DNA of 64,000 nucleotides from Clostridia bacterium. Its GTDB lineage: Bacteria > Bacillota > Clostridia > Monoglobales > Monoglobaceae. Position numbers and translations under genes: made by a program. Where the stretch lies: positions 4,582 through 68,581 of the forward strand of contig JAZRJL010000013.1 of the NCBI GenBank assembly GCA_045645805.1. Reading direction: 5' to 3'. The notes below the pieces were generated by a model, which made no database searches, was not told the origin of the DNA, and saw nothing but the letters and a program-made list of their open reading frames with translations. Numbering within the stretch: the stretch's first letter is position 1; each line of letters opens with the position of its first letter. Positions 26,357 to 36,910 of the stretch are shown here, piece after piece.

Positions 26357-26872
26357 ATGGCAAATTTGTACGGCTACAACACCAGTACAGCAAGGAAACT
26401 TGACATCACTGATGCAGGATACGGACAGAATTTACATAAAGAACTTCATAATATAACAACTACAAAAGGAAACATAAAGAAAGTTCCAAAACAGAAAAAT
26501 CGGTTTAGTGGCTTGGTAACTGTGGCACTTTGTTTTGCAATGGCTTTTGCTGTTGTAAGCGGATATGTTTCAATAAATGAAGCAAACAATGAAATATCTG
26601 CACTCCGTGCTGAATATAATGATATTGTTGCAGGAAATCAGGCGCTTCAGGTGAAGATTGACAAGGCAATTGACCTCAATCAGCTTCAGGAGCTTGCAGG
26701 TGAGAAATTTGGCATGGTAAGACCCGAAAGATATCAGATGTTTTATGTTGACCTTGAAATGGGTGACTATGCTGAAAGTACCGCAGACAAAACAAGGCTT
26801 GAAAAGGAAGAAAAAATAAATGTTGCAGGGGTTCCCGGCATAATTACCGGTGCTTTGAATATATTTAACTAA
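26357..26872 (+). CDS. ftsL: FtsL-like cell division protein (single TM helix plus coiled coil)
   Basis: The call rests on its position between rsmH and the class B PBP, one TM helix (LVTVALCFAMAFAVVSGYV) and a following coiled coil. The sequence itself is poorly conserved. Confidence 0.6.
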   Translation: MANLYGYNTSTARKLDITDAGYGQNLHKELHNITTTKGNIKKVPKQKNRFSGLVTVALCFAMAFAVVSGYVSINEANNEISALRAEYNDIVAGNQALQVKIDKAIDLNQLQELAGEKFGMVRPERYQMFYVDLEMGDYAESTADKTRLEKEEKINVAGVPGIITGALNIFN

Positions 26873-26972
26873 TATTATTAAAACAAAATATTTAAAAGTA
26901 AAAGCACAAAATAGAAAATTAAGAAAATGAATGTTAAATGCATTTTGCGTTTAATTGTTTGGAGGTATTATT

Positions 26973-29201
26973 GTGCAAACCGAACAAAGCACATTCAAAC
27001 AACGGGGAAGAATCATATTTCTGCTGTGTGCAGTTATAGTGATTTTTTTTCTTTTAATGGTGAGAGTTGCGTGGCTTCAAATCATAGACGGTGAGAAGCT
27101 TTCTTCTGCTGCCCGTGAACAGCAGACGAGCGACAATACAATAAGTCCCAAACGTGGGCTTATATATGACCGCAATATGAAGGTTCTTGCCAACAATTTA
27201 AGTGTGGAAACGATCAGTATTACTCCAAAGAATGTGCGGTCAAATACAAAGCAGAGCAAGGAACAAATTGCAAAAAAGCTCGCTGAAATTCTTGAACTTA
27301 ATGAAGATGACGTTTTAAAAAAGATTGAAAAGCAGTCAAACTTTGAATATATCAAACGAAAAGTAGAAAGAGACCAGGCGGATGCAGTACGCAGCTATAT
27401 AGAGGAATATAGCCTTGACGGAATAAAGTTTTCGGAGGATACAAAAAGATACTATCCTTACGGCAATTTTGCTTCTCAGGTTATAGGTTTTGTAGGTAAT
27501 GACAACAATGGTCTTGAGGGTATTGAGATGGTATATGACGACCATCTTAAGGGCGTTCCCGGCAGAATTGTTTCGGCGAACAAAACAGCAGGGCTTGAGA
27601 TACCCGATAATTATGAAAGTTATTACGAGCCACAAAACGGTAAAAGTGTTGTACTCACTATTGATGAGACAATACAGCACTTTGCTGAAAAGCATCTTGA
27701 AACTGCAAGAATAGAAAATCAGCTTGAAGAAGGTGCTGCGGCAATAGTAATGAACGTTAAAACCGGTGAAATTCTTGCTATGGCAACCAAGCCGGATTAT
27801 GATTTGAATCAGCCATTTGCAATAACCGAGGCAGTTGAACAAAAATACCCCGAAATTAAGGCAGAGCTTGAAAAGCTTGAGGGGTCGGAATATAATGCCA
27901 AGCTTACAGAGGTAACGCAGTTTTTAAGACGTAACAAAGCCGTAGTTGATTCATACGAGCCGGGCTCGACATTTAAGATTGCAGTTGCATCAATGGCTCT
28001 TGAAGAGAATGTAGTCGGACTTAATGACCATTTCTTTTGCAGCGGTTCAATCAAGGTTGCTGACCGCAGAATTGCCTGTGCAAATAGAAACGGTCACGGT
28101 GCGGAGACCTTTGTTCAGGGCGTACAAAACTCTTGCAACCCTGTGTTTATTGAGGTTGGTGCAAGGGTAGGCCGTGAAAAGTTTATGAAGTATGTAAAAG
28201 GCTTTGGTTTCAGAGAAACTACGGGTATAGAGCTTCCCGGTGAGACGGACGGTATCTTTCACGCGGCGGAAAACTTCAAAGAGATTGACCTTGCTACATC
28301 GTCTTTCGGACAGAGCTTTAATGTTACACCACTTCAGATGATTACAATGGTTGCAGCTGTTGCCAATGGTGGAACACTTATGAAACCCCATCTTGTAAAA
28401 CAGCTTGTTGATGAAGATAAAAATGTTATTGAAGAATTTAAACCGACAGTTGTGCGTCAGGTGATTTCAAAAGAAACCAGTGATACAATGTGCAAAATAC
28501 TTGAATCTGTTGTATCAGAGGGTGGAGGTAAAAATGCATATCTTGCAGGCTACCGTATTGCCGGCAAGACCGGTACTTCTGAAAAACAGCCCCGTGGCAA
28601 TGGTAAATATGTGGCATCCTTTGTTGGCTTTGCACCTGCAGATGACCCTGAAATCGTATGTTTGGTTATACTTGACCAGCCGCCGGTGGGCAATACTTAT
28701 TACGGAGGGCTTATTGCGGCACCTGTTGTAAAAAATATTCTTGAGGAAAGCCTTCAGTATCTCGGTGTTGAGCCTGAATATACTCAGGAAGAGCTTGAAC
28801 TTATTGAAATTACAGTTCCTGATATTACAGGCAAAACCAGAAAAGAAGCCGAGGCAATGCTTAAAGAAGTTGGTGTAAATATCAGTATAAAGGGACAGGG
28901 CGATATCATATTTGACCAGGTTCCAAAGCCAAACTCAAAGCTTGCTAAAAATTCAAAGGTGGTTGCGTACACCGAGGGCGAGGAAAGTCGCAAAACGATA
29001 ACCATTCCCAATGTTGTGGGATGCTATGGTTCAGAGGCAAATAAGGGAATTATAAATGCCGGACTCAATGTACGTATCAAAGGACTTTCAAACACCGGCG
29101 GTATTGCAATTTGTACCGAACAGTCACCAGCGGCGGGTACAGTTGTAGAGCCGGGTACAATTGTTACACTTGACTTCAGATTTGCGGAAATTCGTGACTG
29201 A
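26973..29201 (+). CDS. Class B penicillin-binding protein (FtsI/SpoVD/PBP2B type) with two C-terminal PASTA domains
   Basis: GTG 26973 lies after GGAGG (26961-26965). Transpeptidase motifs STFK, SCN and KTGT are present. There are two PASTA repeats at the C-terminus. Confidence 0.9.
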   Translation: MQTEQSTFKQRGRIIFLLCAVIVIFFLLMVRVAWLQIIDGEKLSSAAREQQTSDNTISPKRGLIYDRNMKVLANNLSVETISITPKNVRSNTKQSKEQIAKKLAEILELNEDDVLKKIEKQSNFEYIKRKVERDQADAVRSYIEEYSLDGIKFSEDTKRYYPYGNFASQVIGFVGNDNNGLEGIEMVYDDHLKGVPGRIVSANKTAGLEIPDNYESYYEPQNGKSVVLTIDETIQHFAEKHLETARIENQLEEGAAAIVMNVKTGEILAMATKPDYDLNQPFAITEAVEQKYPEIKAELEKLEGSEYNAKLTEVTQFLRRNKAVVDSYEPGSTFKIAVASMALEENVVGLNDHFFCSGSIKVADRRIACANRNGHGAETFVQGVQNSCNPVFIEVGARVGREKFMKYVKGFGFRETTGIELPGETDGIFHAAENFKEIDLATSSFGQSFNVTPLQMITMVAAVANGGTLMKPHLVKQLVDEDKNVIEEFKPTVVRQVISKETSDTMCKILESVVSEGGGKNAYLAGYRIAGKTGTSEKQPRGNGKYVASFVGFAPADDPEIVCLVILDQPPVGNTYYGGLIAAPVVKNILEESLQYLGVEPEYTQEELELIEITVPDITGKTRKEAEAMLKEVGVNISIKGQGDIIFDQVPKPNSKLAKNSKVVAYTEGEESRKTITIPNVVGCYGSEANKGIINAGLNVRIKGLSNTGGIAICTEQSPAAGTVVEPGTIVTLDFRFAEIRD

Positions 29202-29224
29202 TTAATTTGAAAGGATAGGTTAAA

Positions 29225-30673
29225 ATGACTCTGTCAAAATTACTTGAAAATACAGATATTATCACCTGTCAAGGGAATATTGATATAAAGGTTTCGGGGA
29301 TTGCGTTTAATTCCCGTGATGTTAAACCGGGTAATGTATTTGTGTGCATAAGCGGTTTTAAAACCGACGGGCATCAGTATGCTCAGGATGCACTTGAAAG
29401 AGGTGCTGTTGCAATTGTTGCCGAAAGGGAGCTTGACGAGGTTGCGGCAACACAGGTGGTTGTAAAAAATTCCCGTCTTGCGCTTGCCCATATGGCTGCT
29501 GTATACTATGACTATCCCTTTAAAAGATTTTGCCTTATCGGTATAACGGGTACAAACGGCAAAACCACCACCACGTATCTTGTAAAAACCATTCTTGAAA
29601 GCTGTGGGCAAAAGGTAGGTCTTATCGGTACAAATCAGAATATGATAGGTTCTGCAGTGATACCGTCACATCATACAACCCCCGATTCCTTGGAACTTAT
29701 GGAGTTGTTTGACCGTATGGCAAAAGAGGATGTAGATACTGTTGTTATGGAGATATCATCGCATTCTCTTGCCCTTGACAGAGTTGCAGCGTGCAGCTTT
29801 GATGTAGGGGCATTTACCAATGTTACACAGGACCATCTTGATTTTCATGAAACTATGGAAAACTATATTGATGCAAAGGCGCTTCTTTTTAAGATGTGCA
29901 GAAAAGGTGTGGTAAATATTGATGACAATGCCGCACCGAAAATGATTTCTGCTGCAAACTGCGATATTATTCGATACAGCACAGCAGCAGATACAGATTT
30001 GTTTGCAAAAAATATTGAATACAAAGCAGACGGTGTAGTTTTTGATATATGTTATAAAGGAAGATGCGAAAAAATTGAGCTTTCAATTCCTGGCAGATTT
30101 TCGGTTTATAATGCACTTACTGCTGCCGGCTGTTGTCTTGCCACAGGCTTAAGCCTTGAAAGAATTGCGAAAGGATTAAAGGCGGCAACTGGCGTAAAAG
30201 GCAGAATTGAAGTTGTAAAAACCAATACAGATTATACTGTTATTATTGACTATGCTCATACACCCGACGGTCTTGTTAATATTCTTAATGCAATTCGTGG
30301 CTTTGCAAAGGGGAGAATAGTGACCCTTTTCGGCTGTGGCGGTGACCGTGACAAAACAAAGCGGCCGCAAATGGGAAAGATTGCCGGTGAGCTTTCGGAT
30401 TATTGTATTGTTACAAGTGACAATCCCCGAAGCGAAGAACCTTCAGCTATAATTAGTGATATTCTTGAGGGCATAAAGGATACAGGTTGTGAATATAAGG
30501 TTATTGAAAACAGATTTGATGCAATTGAGTATGCATTGGATAATGCGAAAAAGGACGATATAATTCTTCTTGCCGGCAAAGGGCATGAACCGTATCAGAT
30601 TTTAAAGGACAGAACAATAGTGTTTGATGAAAGAGAAATTGTTTTAAAGTTGATTGATTCTGCAGAAGGGTAG
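29225..30673 (+). CDS. murE: UDP-N-acetylmuramoyl-L-alanyl-D-glutamate--2,6-diaminopimelate ligase
   Basis: GITGTNGKTTT P-loop. The DNPR motif (TSDNPRSEEP) indicates meso-DAP specificity. Confidence 0.93.
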   Translation: MTLSKLLENTDIITCQGNIDIKVSGIAFNSRDVKPGNVFVCISGFKTDGHQYAQDALERGAVAIVAERELDEVAATQVVVKNSRLALAHMAAVYYDYPFKRFCLIGITGTNGKTTTTYLVKTILESCGQKVGLIGTNQNMIGSAVIPSHHTTPDSLELMELFDRMAKEDVDTVVMEISSHSLALDRVAACSFDVGAFTNVTQDHLDFHETMENYIDAKALLFKMCRKGVVNIDDNAAPKMISAANCDIIRYSTAADTDLFAKNIEYKADGVVFDICYKGRCEKIELSIPGRFSVYNALTAAGCCLATGLSLERIAKGLKAATGVKGRIEVVKTNTDYTVIIDYAHTPDGLVNILNAIRGFAKGRIVTLFGCGGDRDKTKRPQMGKIAGELSDYCIVTSDNPRSEEPSAIISDILEGIKDTGCEYKVIENRFDAIEYALDNAKKDDIILLAGKGHEPYQILKDRTIVFDEREIVLKLIDSAEG

Positions 30674-30685
30674 GATGATGTAACG

Positions 30686-32074
30686 ATGGAGAATATAATG
30701 ACATTGACTCAGCTTGCCAATGCTTGCGGTGGTCAGCTGATTTGTGCTGATGGCGAAAAAACAGTTTCGGATATAGTTACCGACAGCCGGAAAATCTGTG
30801 AAGGGACAGTTTTTGTAGCACTTTGCGGAGAGAAGTTTGACGGGCATAATTTTGTAGAACAAAGCTTTTCGCAGGGGGCAATTTGCTGTGTTGTAAATAA
30901 AGACTTTGAAGAAGACAGGGATATGCCACTTATAAAGGTTGAAAACACCTATGCAGCACTTCGGGACATTGCAGCGTATTACCGCAGCAGATTTGATATT
31001 CCGGCAGTGGCGATTACCGGAAGTGTAGGTAAAACAAGTACCAAGGATATGGTTGCATCGGTACTGGAGAAGCATTACAACGTCTTAAAAACCGAGGGCA
31101 ATTTTAACAATGAAATTGGCTTGCCTCTTACAACGTTCAGACTTGGCAGCGAAAATGATATTGCTGTTTTTGAAATGGGAATGAGTGCTTTTGGGGAGAT
31201 TTCAAGACTTACTCAAATAGCCGTACCCGAAACAGCAATTATTACCAATATAGGGTTTTCTCACATCGAGCATCTTGGCTCACAGGAGAATATATTAAAG
31301 GCAAAGCTTGAAATTCTTGAGGGAATTCCATCGGGAGGAACAGTTATTTTAAACGGTGATGACCCGCTTTTAAATAGTGTAGTTGGCACACTTGCCTTTG
31401 AAACACTAACTTACGGAATTGAAAATCAAAGCTGTGATGTTGTTGCATTTAATATCAAAAAAAGTGCAGATGGCACAGAATTTGAAGTTAAAATAGAAGA
31501 AAAAACATACAAGGTACAAGTAAATGTTCCGGGACTTCATCATGTTTACAATGCTCTTTCGGCAATTCTTACAGGTGTGATATACAATATGCCGGCAGAA
31601 GAAATAATAGCCGGTATTGCTGATTTCAAGCCGTCAGGAATGAGACAAAACGTAACGGTGATTGATGACAAGGTATTGATTAAAGACTGTTACAACGCAA
31701 GTCCCACTTCAATGAAATCGGGACTTGAGGTACTTTCGGTTACACCGCCTAAATTTGCTGATGTTGATTTCAGACGGGTTGCTGTGCTTGGTGATATGCT
31801 TGAACTTGGCGATTTTGCCGAAGAAGCACACCGTTCGGTTGGCAGACTTTGTTGTGAATACGACCTTGGATGCCTTATCGCAGTAGGACCTAATGCAAAA
31901 TTTGTTGCCGAGGGTGCAATAGAAAACGGGTTCAATTCATCAGAGCTTTATGTTTTTTATGACAATACATCTGCAAAAGAGCATATGTTGGATATATTAA
32001 AAAGCAATGATGTAATATTATTTAAGGGGTCGCGTGGTATGCGGCTTGAGGAAATTGCAGACTTCATTGCATAA
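30686..32074 (+). CDS. murF: UDP-N-acetylmuramoyl-tripeptide--D-alanyl-D-alanine ligase
   Basis: ITGSVGKTSTKDM P-loop and conserved dcw position. Confidence 0.93.
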   Translation: MENIMTLTQLANACGGQLICADGEKTVSDIVTDSRKICEGTVFVALCGEKFDGHNFVEQSFSQGAICCVVNKDFEEDRDMPLIKVENTYAALRDIAAYYRSRFDIPAVAITGSVGKTSTKDMVASVLEKHYNVLKTEGNFNNEIGLPLTTFRLGSENDIAVFEMGMSAFGEISRLTQIAVPETAIITNIGFSHIEHLGSQENILKAKLEILEGIPSGGTVILNGDDPLLNSVVGTLAFETLTYGIENQSCDVVAFNIKKSADGTEFEVKIEEKTYKVQVNVPGLHHVYNALSAILTGVIYNMPAEEIIAGIADFKPSGMRQNVTVIDDKVLIKDCYNASPTSMKSGLEVLSVTPPKFADVDFRRVAVLGDMLELGDFAEEAHRSVGRLCCEYDLGCLIAVGPNAKFVAEGAIENGFNSSELYVFYDNTSAKEHMLDILKSNDVILFKGSRGMRLEEIADFIA

Positions 32075-32112
32075 AGCACAGTTATATAAAATTAATTTTT
32101 TCGGAGGATAAA

Positions 32113-33090
32113 ATGATTAAATTGTTAATAATTGCAGCTGCAGCATTTTTGGTTGCTGCGATCAGTGGTCTGTTTTTAATTCCGTTTCTGATAAAGGTGA
32201 AATTTGGTCAGGAAATCCGTGAGGAGGGTCCTGCATGGCATCAGAAAAAATCGGGAACTCCTACCATGGGAGGGTTTATATTCATCATTGCAACAGCGGT
32301 GTCGGTTGTTATCGGTGCATTTATTACCGAGGTAGGTGAGTATGCCGAGGATACAATGAGTCTTGCTGCAATGTTTTTTGCGGCACTTGGTTTTGGAATA
32401 ATCGGATTTATTGATGATTACATAAAGGTAATTTTAAAGCGGAATTTAGGACTTCGTGCAGGACAAAAATTTTCACTTCAGTTTCTTATAGCAATTATAT
32501 TTGCTGTTTGGATGGTTGCCGCAGGATTGGTAGATACCGAAATACTGATACCGTTTACTGGATATTATCTTGAGCTTGGATATGTTCTTTATATTCCGTT
32601 TGTTGTGCTTGTAATGCTTGCGGCGGTAAACAGCGTGAATCTTACCGACGGACTTGACGGACTTGCAGGAAGTATAACATTGTTTGTATCAATTTTTTAC
32701 CTGATTGTATCGGCAATTGACGGTGCAACTGCTGTCTCTGTTTTTGCAGCATCTGTGGCAGGCGGAATTTTGGGATTTTTGCTATATAATAAATACCCTG
32801 CAAAGGTGTTTATGGGCGATACAGGTTCGTTGTTCCTTGGCGGTGCAGTATCTGCAATGGCTATATTTACAAAAAATCCTCTTGGGCTTTTGATTGTAGG
32901 CTTTGTTTATGTTGCCGAGGCACTTTCGGTAATTATTCAGGTTGCGTATTTTAAAAAGACAGGCAAAAGAATTTTTAAAATGAGTCCTATCCATCATCAT
33001 TTTGAAATGTGCGGATGGAGTGAACGCAAGGTTGTTGGGATATTTTCTTTTGTAACAGTTGTATTGTGTATTGTAGGATATTTTGCATAA
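32113..33090 (+). CDS. mraY: Phospho-N-acetylmuramoyl-pentapeptide transferase
   Basis: PTMGG, NLTDGLDGLA, MGDTGS and HHHFE motifs are present. Confidence 0.95.
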   Translation: MIKLLIIAAAAFLVAAISGLFLIPFLIKVKFGQEIREEGPAWHQKKSGTPTMGGFIFIIATAVSVVIGAFITEVGEYAEDTMSLAAMFFAALGFGIIGFIDDYIKVILKRNLGLRAGQKFSLQFLIAIIFAVWMVAAGLVDTEILIPFTGYYLELGYVLYIPFVVLVMLAAVNSVNLTDGLDGLAGSITLFVSIFYLIVSAIDGATAVSVFAASVAGGILGFLLYNKYPAKVFMGDTGSLFLGGAVSAMAIFTKNPLGLLIVGFVYVAEALSVIIQVAYFKKTGKRIFKMSPIHHHFEMCGWSERKVVGIFSFVTVVLCIVGYFA

Positions 33091-33102
33091 TTTAAAAAGT
33101 TT

Positions 33103-34347
33103 ATGGCAGAAAGGAGGCTGAATGCCGTGCGGATAGTAAGAAGAAAAAGACATCAAAGGTCAGTAATCAGAAATTCACGACCCCCAAAAGCGGTGTCTGA
33201 AAGCAGAGTTTCTGAGCTTAAAATTCAGGGAATAAAGGAAACTATTAAAACGGTTGATAAGCAATTCCTTGCGTCAATTTACATTTTGCTGACATTTGGT
33301 CTTTTGATGGTCCTTAGTGCCAGCAGTCCTGTGGCTTTTGCAAGCGGTGCTACAAATCATGACAGCTTTTATTATTTCAAAAAGCAGTTTATGTGGGCGT
33401 GTCTTGGCTCGGTTGCAATGATAGTTATTGCAGGCTATGATTACAGAAAATTAAAAAAATGGGCAGTTCCGGCACTTGGATTAAGTGTTTTGCTGTTGCT
33501 TTTGGTTCTTGTTCCGGGTATAGGAAGAAAGATAAATGATGCACGTCGCTGGATTTATATCGGACCAATCAACTTTCAGCCGTCAGAGGTTGCAAAGATT
33601 GCGACAATTGTGTTCTTTTCGTACAGCTTATCAAAAAATCACAAGGAGCTTTCAAGCTTTGGTGTATTTTTTATGTATATATGTATTATCGGTGTAATTG
33701 CACTTATAATTATGATGGAGCCGCATTTCAGCTGTACAATGCTGATTGCATGTACTGCATGCATACTTTTGTTTGTTGCAGGGGCTAAGCTGAGTCATTT
33801 TGCGATACTTGGCTGTGCTGCGTTGCCGCTTATAGGGGTTGTGATTGCAATGGCACCGTATCGTCTTGCCAGAGTTACAACATTTCTTGACCCGTTTCAG
33901 GATATTCAGGGCAGCGGTTGGCAGATTGTTCAGTCACTTTATGCTATTGGCTCGGGCGGAATTTTCGGGGCAGGTCTTGGTCAAAGCCGCCAAAAGTATA
34001 TGAATATCCCTGAACCACAGAATGATTTTATTTTTTCTATTCTTGCCGAGGAGTTTGGCCTTATAGGTGCGATTCTTGTTTCGGTTATGTTTATTTTCCT
34101 GATTGTAAGAGGAATAAAAATTGCACTTAATGCTCCTGACCTTTTTGGTACACTTCTTGCAACGGGCATTGTTGCAATGATAGCTATTCAGGCAGTTGTA
34201 AATATTGCCGTTGTTACCTCGTCAATGCCGGTTACCGGTATGCCATTGCCGTTTTTTAGCTATGGCGGTACAGCCCTTGCTATAACTATGGCAGAAATGG
34301 GGATTGTTTTAAATATTTCAAGGCACGGGAAAAACAAATTGCGTTAA
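33103..34347 (+). CDS. ftsW: SEDS-family peptidoglycan glycosyltransferase FtsW/SpoVE
   Basis: It has about 10 TM helices, a conserved PSEVAKI motif and LPFFSYGGTA. A basic N-terminal extension leaves the exact start uncertain. Confidence 0.9.
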   Translation: MAERRLNAVRIVRRKRHQRSVIRNSRPPKAVSESRVSELKIQGIKETIKTVDKQFLASIYILLTFGLLMVLSASSPVAFASGATNHDSFYYFKKQFMWACLGSVAMIVIAGYDYRKLKKWAVPALGLSVLLLLLVLVPGIGRKINDARRWIYIGPINFQPSEVAKIATIVFFSYSLSKNHKELSSFGVFFMYICIIGVIALIIMMEPHFSCTMLIACTACILLFVAGAKLSHFAILGCAALPLIGVVIAMAPYRLARVTTFLDPFQDIQGSGWQIVQSLYAIGSGGIFGAGLGQSRQKYMNIPEPQNDFIFSILAEEFGLIGAILVSVMFIFLIVRGIKIALNAPDLFGTLLATGIVAMIAIQAVVNIAVVTSSMPVTGMPLPFFSYGGTALAITMAEMGIVLNISRHGKNKLR

Positions 34348-34370
34348 TTTTTGAAAGGGCGGTAAGGCTT

Positions 34371-35489
34371 GTGAGAATTTTATTTGCCGGCGGTGGAACT
34401 GCAGGACACGTAAACCCGGCGGTTGCTGTTGCAAATTATATAAAGGAAAAAGAACCCGACAGTGAGTTTTTGTTTGTAGGGACAAAGGACGGAATGGAAA
34501 GCACTCTTGTTCCAAAACAGGGTTATGAAATAGAATTTATAAAAATTCACGGGCTTAAACGATCACTAAGCCTGTCAAATCTCAAGGTTATTGCTGAAAT
34601 GCTTTCGGGCATAGCAAAGGCAAGGAGAATAATTAAAAGGTTTAAGCCTGATGCAGTTGTGGGCACAGGCGGATATGTTTCCGCACCTGTTCTTATGGCG
34701 GCATCGGCAAAAAAGATTCCTACATTGGTTCATGAAGCAAATGCGTTTCCAGGTGTTACGGTAAGGCTCTGCTCAAGATATGCAGACGTGGTGGCACTCA
34801 GTATGAGCGATGCTGCAAAATTCTTAAAACCGGGTTGTCGGATTGAAATAACGGGAAATCCCGTAAGGCCTTCGATTCTTGCCTGTGATAAAAAAACTGC
34901 CAGGGAAAAGCTCGGTCTTGATGAAAGACGGACAGTTCTTATTTTCGGCGGCAGCCTTGGTGCTGAAAAGCTTAACGAGGTTGCAGTTGACTGGATATCC
35001 CATATTGCACCGCAAAAAAGGTATCAGATTATAATGTCTACCGGCAAAAACAATCATTATCAAACCGTGATTAAACAGTTTAAAAATAACGGTATAAATC
35101 TTGAAGATTATCCTGAAATAAGGATATCGGAATATATATATGATATGGATCTTTCCCTTAATGCCGCAGACTTAATAATTGCACGTTCGGGCGGGTCGGT
35201 CAGTGAAATGACAGCCTTAGGCAAAGCGGCAATCCTTATCCCTTCGCCGTATGTGGCAGGAAATCATCAGGAGCATAATGCAAGGGCTGTTGAACGCTCG
35301 GGCGGTGCAGTGGTTATACTTGAAGATGAGCTGTGCTTTGAAAAGCTGAATACAGCCGCATCGGACATTCTTGAAAGTGATTCAAGGCTTAAAGCAATGA
35401 GTGAGGGTTCGCTAAGCATAGGAATAAAGGATGCAACTGATAAGATTTATAATATTCTTAAAAAGCTGATTGCTGAAAAAAATAGATAG
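34371..35489 (+). CDS. murG: Undecaprenyldiphospho-muramoylpentapeptide beta-N-acetylglucosaminyltransferase
   Basis: GGGTAGHVNPA motif. GTG start. Confidence 0.93.
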   Translation: MRILFAGGGTAGHVNPAVAVANYIKEKEPDSEFLFVGTKDGMESTLVPKQGYEIEFIKIHGLKRSLSLSNLKVIAEMLSGIAKARRIIKRFKPDAVVGTGGYVSAPVLMAASAKKIPTLVHEANAFPGVTVRLCSRYADVVALSMSDAAKFLKPGCRIEITGNPVRPSILACDKKTAREKLGLDERRTVLIFGGSLGAEKLNEVAVDWISHIAPQKRYQIIMSTGKNNHYQTVIKQFKNNGINLEDYPEIRISEYIYDMDLSLNAADLIIARSGGSVSEMTALGKAAILIPSPYVAGNHQEHNARAVERSGGAVVILEDELCFEKLNTAASDILESDSRLKAMSEGSLSIGIKDATDKIYNILKKLIAEKNR

Positions 35490-35567
35490 AAAATAAAGTA
35501 ACACATCCAAAGCAAAAACATACTATGAAAGTGTGGCGGAAGTAATCCGTATTCTGGAGGTGTTACG

Positions 35568-36818
35568 GTGAGTAAAATAGCGATTTGCGGAGGAAAACAA
35601 CTAAGTGGCGAGGTATGGGTGCAGGGCTCGAAAAATGCTGCACTTCCTATTCTTGCTGCGTCGGTATTAAACAGCTATGACACGGTTCTTTCAAATTGTC
35701 CTGACCTTAAGGATGTTGATGCGGCGTTAAAAATAATCTGTTGGCTGGGCGGAAAGGCGGCATATAGCGGTCATACGGTGACGGTTAATGCAAGGGATTT
35801 ACATAAAAGCGAAATTCCTGAGAGTCTGATGAACAGTATGCGTTCGTCAGTTTTGTTTCTCGGACCGGTTCTTTCGCGAATGAAAAAGGCAAGGATTTCC
35901 TATCCCGGTGGCTGCAGCATTGGTCTAAGACCCATTGATTTGCATCTTAAGGCTTTCAGACAGCTTGGTGTGTCGGTTGATGAAATTGGTGGAAATATCT
36001 ATTGCCATATGGGAAAGATGAAATCAGGCAGGATAAATCTTCTCTTTCCAAGCGTGGGGGCTACCGAGAACATTATGCTGCTTTCGGCGGTTTCGGATTG
36101 CGAGGTGGTAATTGCAAATGCTGCCCGTGAACCTGAAATTGTTGACTTGCAGAATTTCCTTAATGAGATGGGTGCAAAAATTTTTGGCGCAGGAACAGAA
36201 ACAATTCGTATTATAGGTGTTGAAAAATTGCGAGAAGTGCAGTATAATATAATGGCCGACAGAATTTTTGCGGCAACCTGTCTTTGTGCGGTGGCGTCCT
36301 GCGGTGGAGATGTTGTTTTAAAAAATATTAATCCCCAGCACGTTGAGCTTATGCTTGCAATGCTTTCGGGTGCAGGCTGCTGTATTGAAACAGGTGAAGA
36401 TTATATACGTATAAAATGTACTGAAAGGCTTCGGGGTCTTGGCAAGGTTATAACGTCACCTTATCCCGGTTTTCCCACAGATGCTCAGGCACTTTTTATG
36501 TCGGCACTTTCAGGGGCAGAGGGGACTACTGTATTTGTGGAAAATATCTTTGAAAGCAGATACAAACACGTACCCGAGCTTTTAAAGATGGGTGCTGATA
36601 TAATTGTTGATGGTCGGTTGGCAGCTGTTACCGGATGTAATTATATACAGGGTGCCAATGTTGAAGCACAGGATTTACGGGGAGGAGCTGCTCTGGTGAT
36701 TGCAGGTCTTTCGGCAATAGGCGACACTGTTATATCGGGAATTGAACATATAGACCGTGGTTATGAGCATATTGAAGATACCTTTGCAAGGCTTGGGGCT
36801 TCAATAAAAAGAATTTAA
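35568..36818 (+). CDS. murA: UDP-N-acetylglucosamine 1-carboxyvinyltransferase
   Basis: GSKNAALPILAAS is present, with the catalytic Cys in YPGGCSIGLRPIDLH. GTG start after GGAGG. Confidence 0.93.
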   Translation: MSKIAICGGKQLSGEVWVQGSKNAALPILAASVLNSYDTVLSNCPDLKDVDAALKIICWLGGKAAYSGHTVTVNARDLHKSEIPESLMNSMRSSVLFLGPVLSRMKKARISYPGGCSIGLRPIDLHLKAFRQLGVSVDEIGGNIYCHMGKMKSGRINLLFPSVGATENIMLLSAVSDCEVVIANAAREPEIVDLQNFLNEMGAKIFGAGTETIRIIGVEKLREVQYNIMADRIFAATCLCAVASCGGDVVLKNINPQHVELMLAMLSGAGCCIETGEDYIRIKCTERLRGLGKVITSPYPGFPTDAQALFMSALSGAEGTTVFVENIFESRYKHVPELLKMGADIIVDGRLAAVTGCNYIQGANVEAQDLRGGAALVIAGLSAIGDTVISGIEHIDRGYEHIEDTFARLGASIKRI

Positions 36819-36910
36819 TTAGATATATTAAAGGTGCACCCCGGATGTGGTGCACCATATTCTCCAAAAAAATATGGACAAGCATTTAAAATGAAAGGGG
36901 GCATTGCAAA

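Noticed and set aside
36829-36858. GGTGCACC-N8-GGTGCACC after murA, considered as a terminator.
   Set aside because: No T-run follows it, and divIB is probably co-transcribed. It may be a stabilising hairpin or a pair of palindromic 8-mers, and it is not clearly functional.
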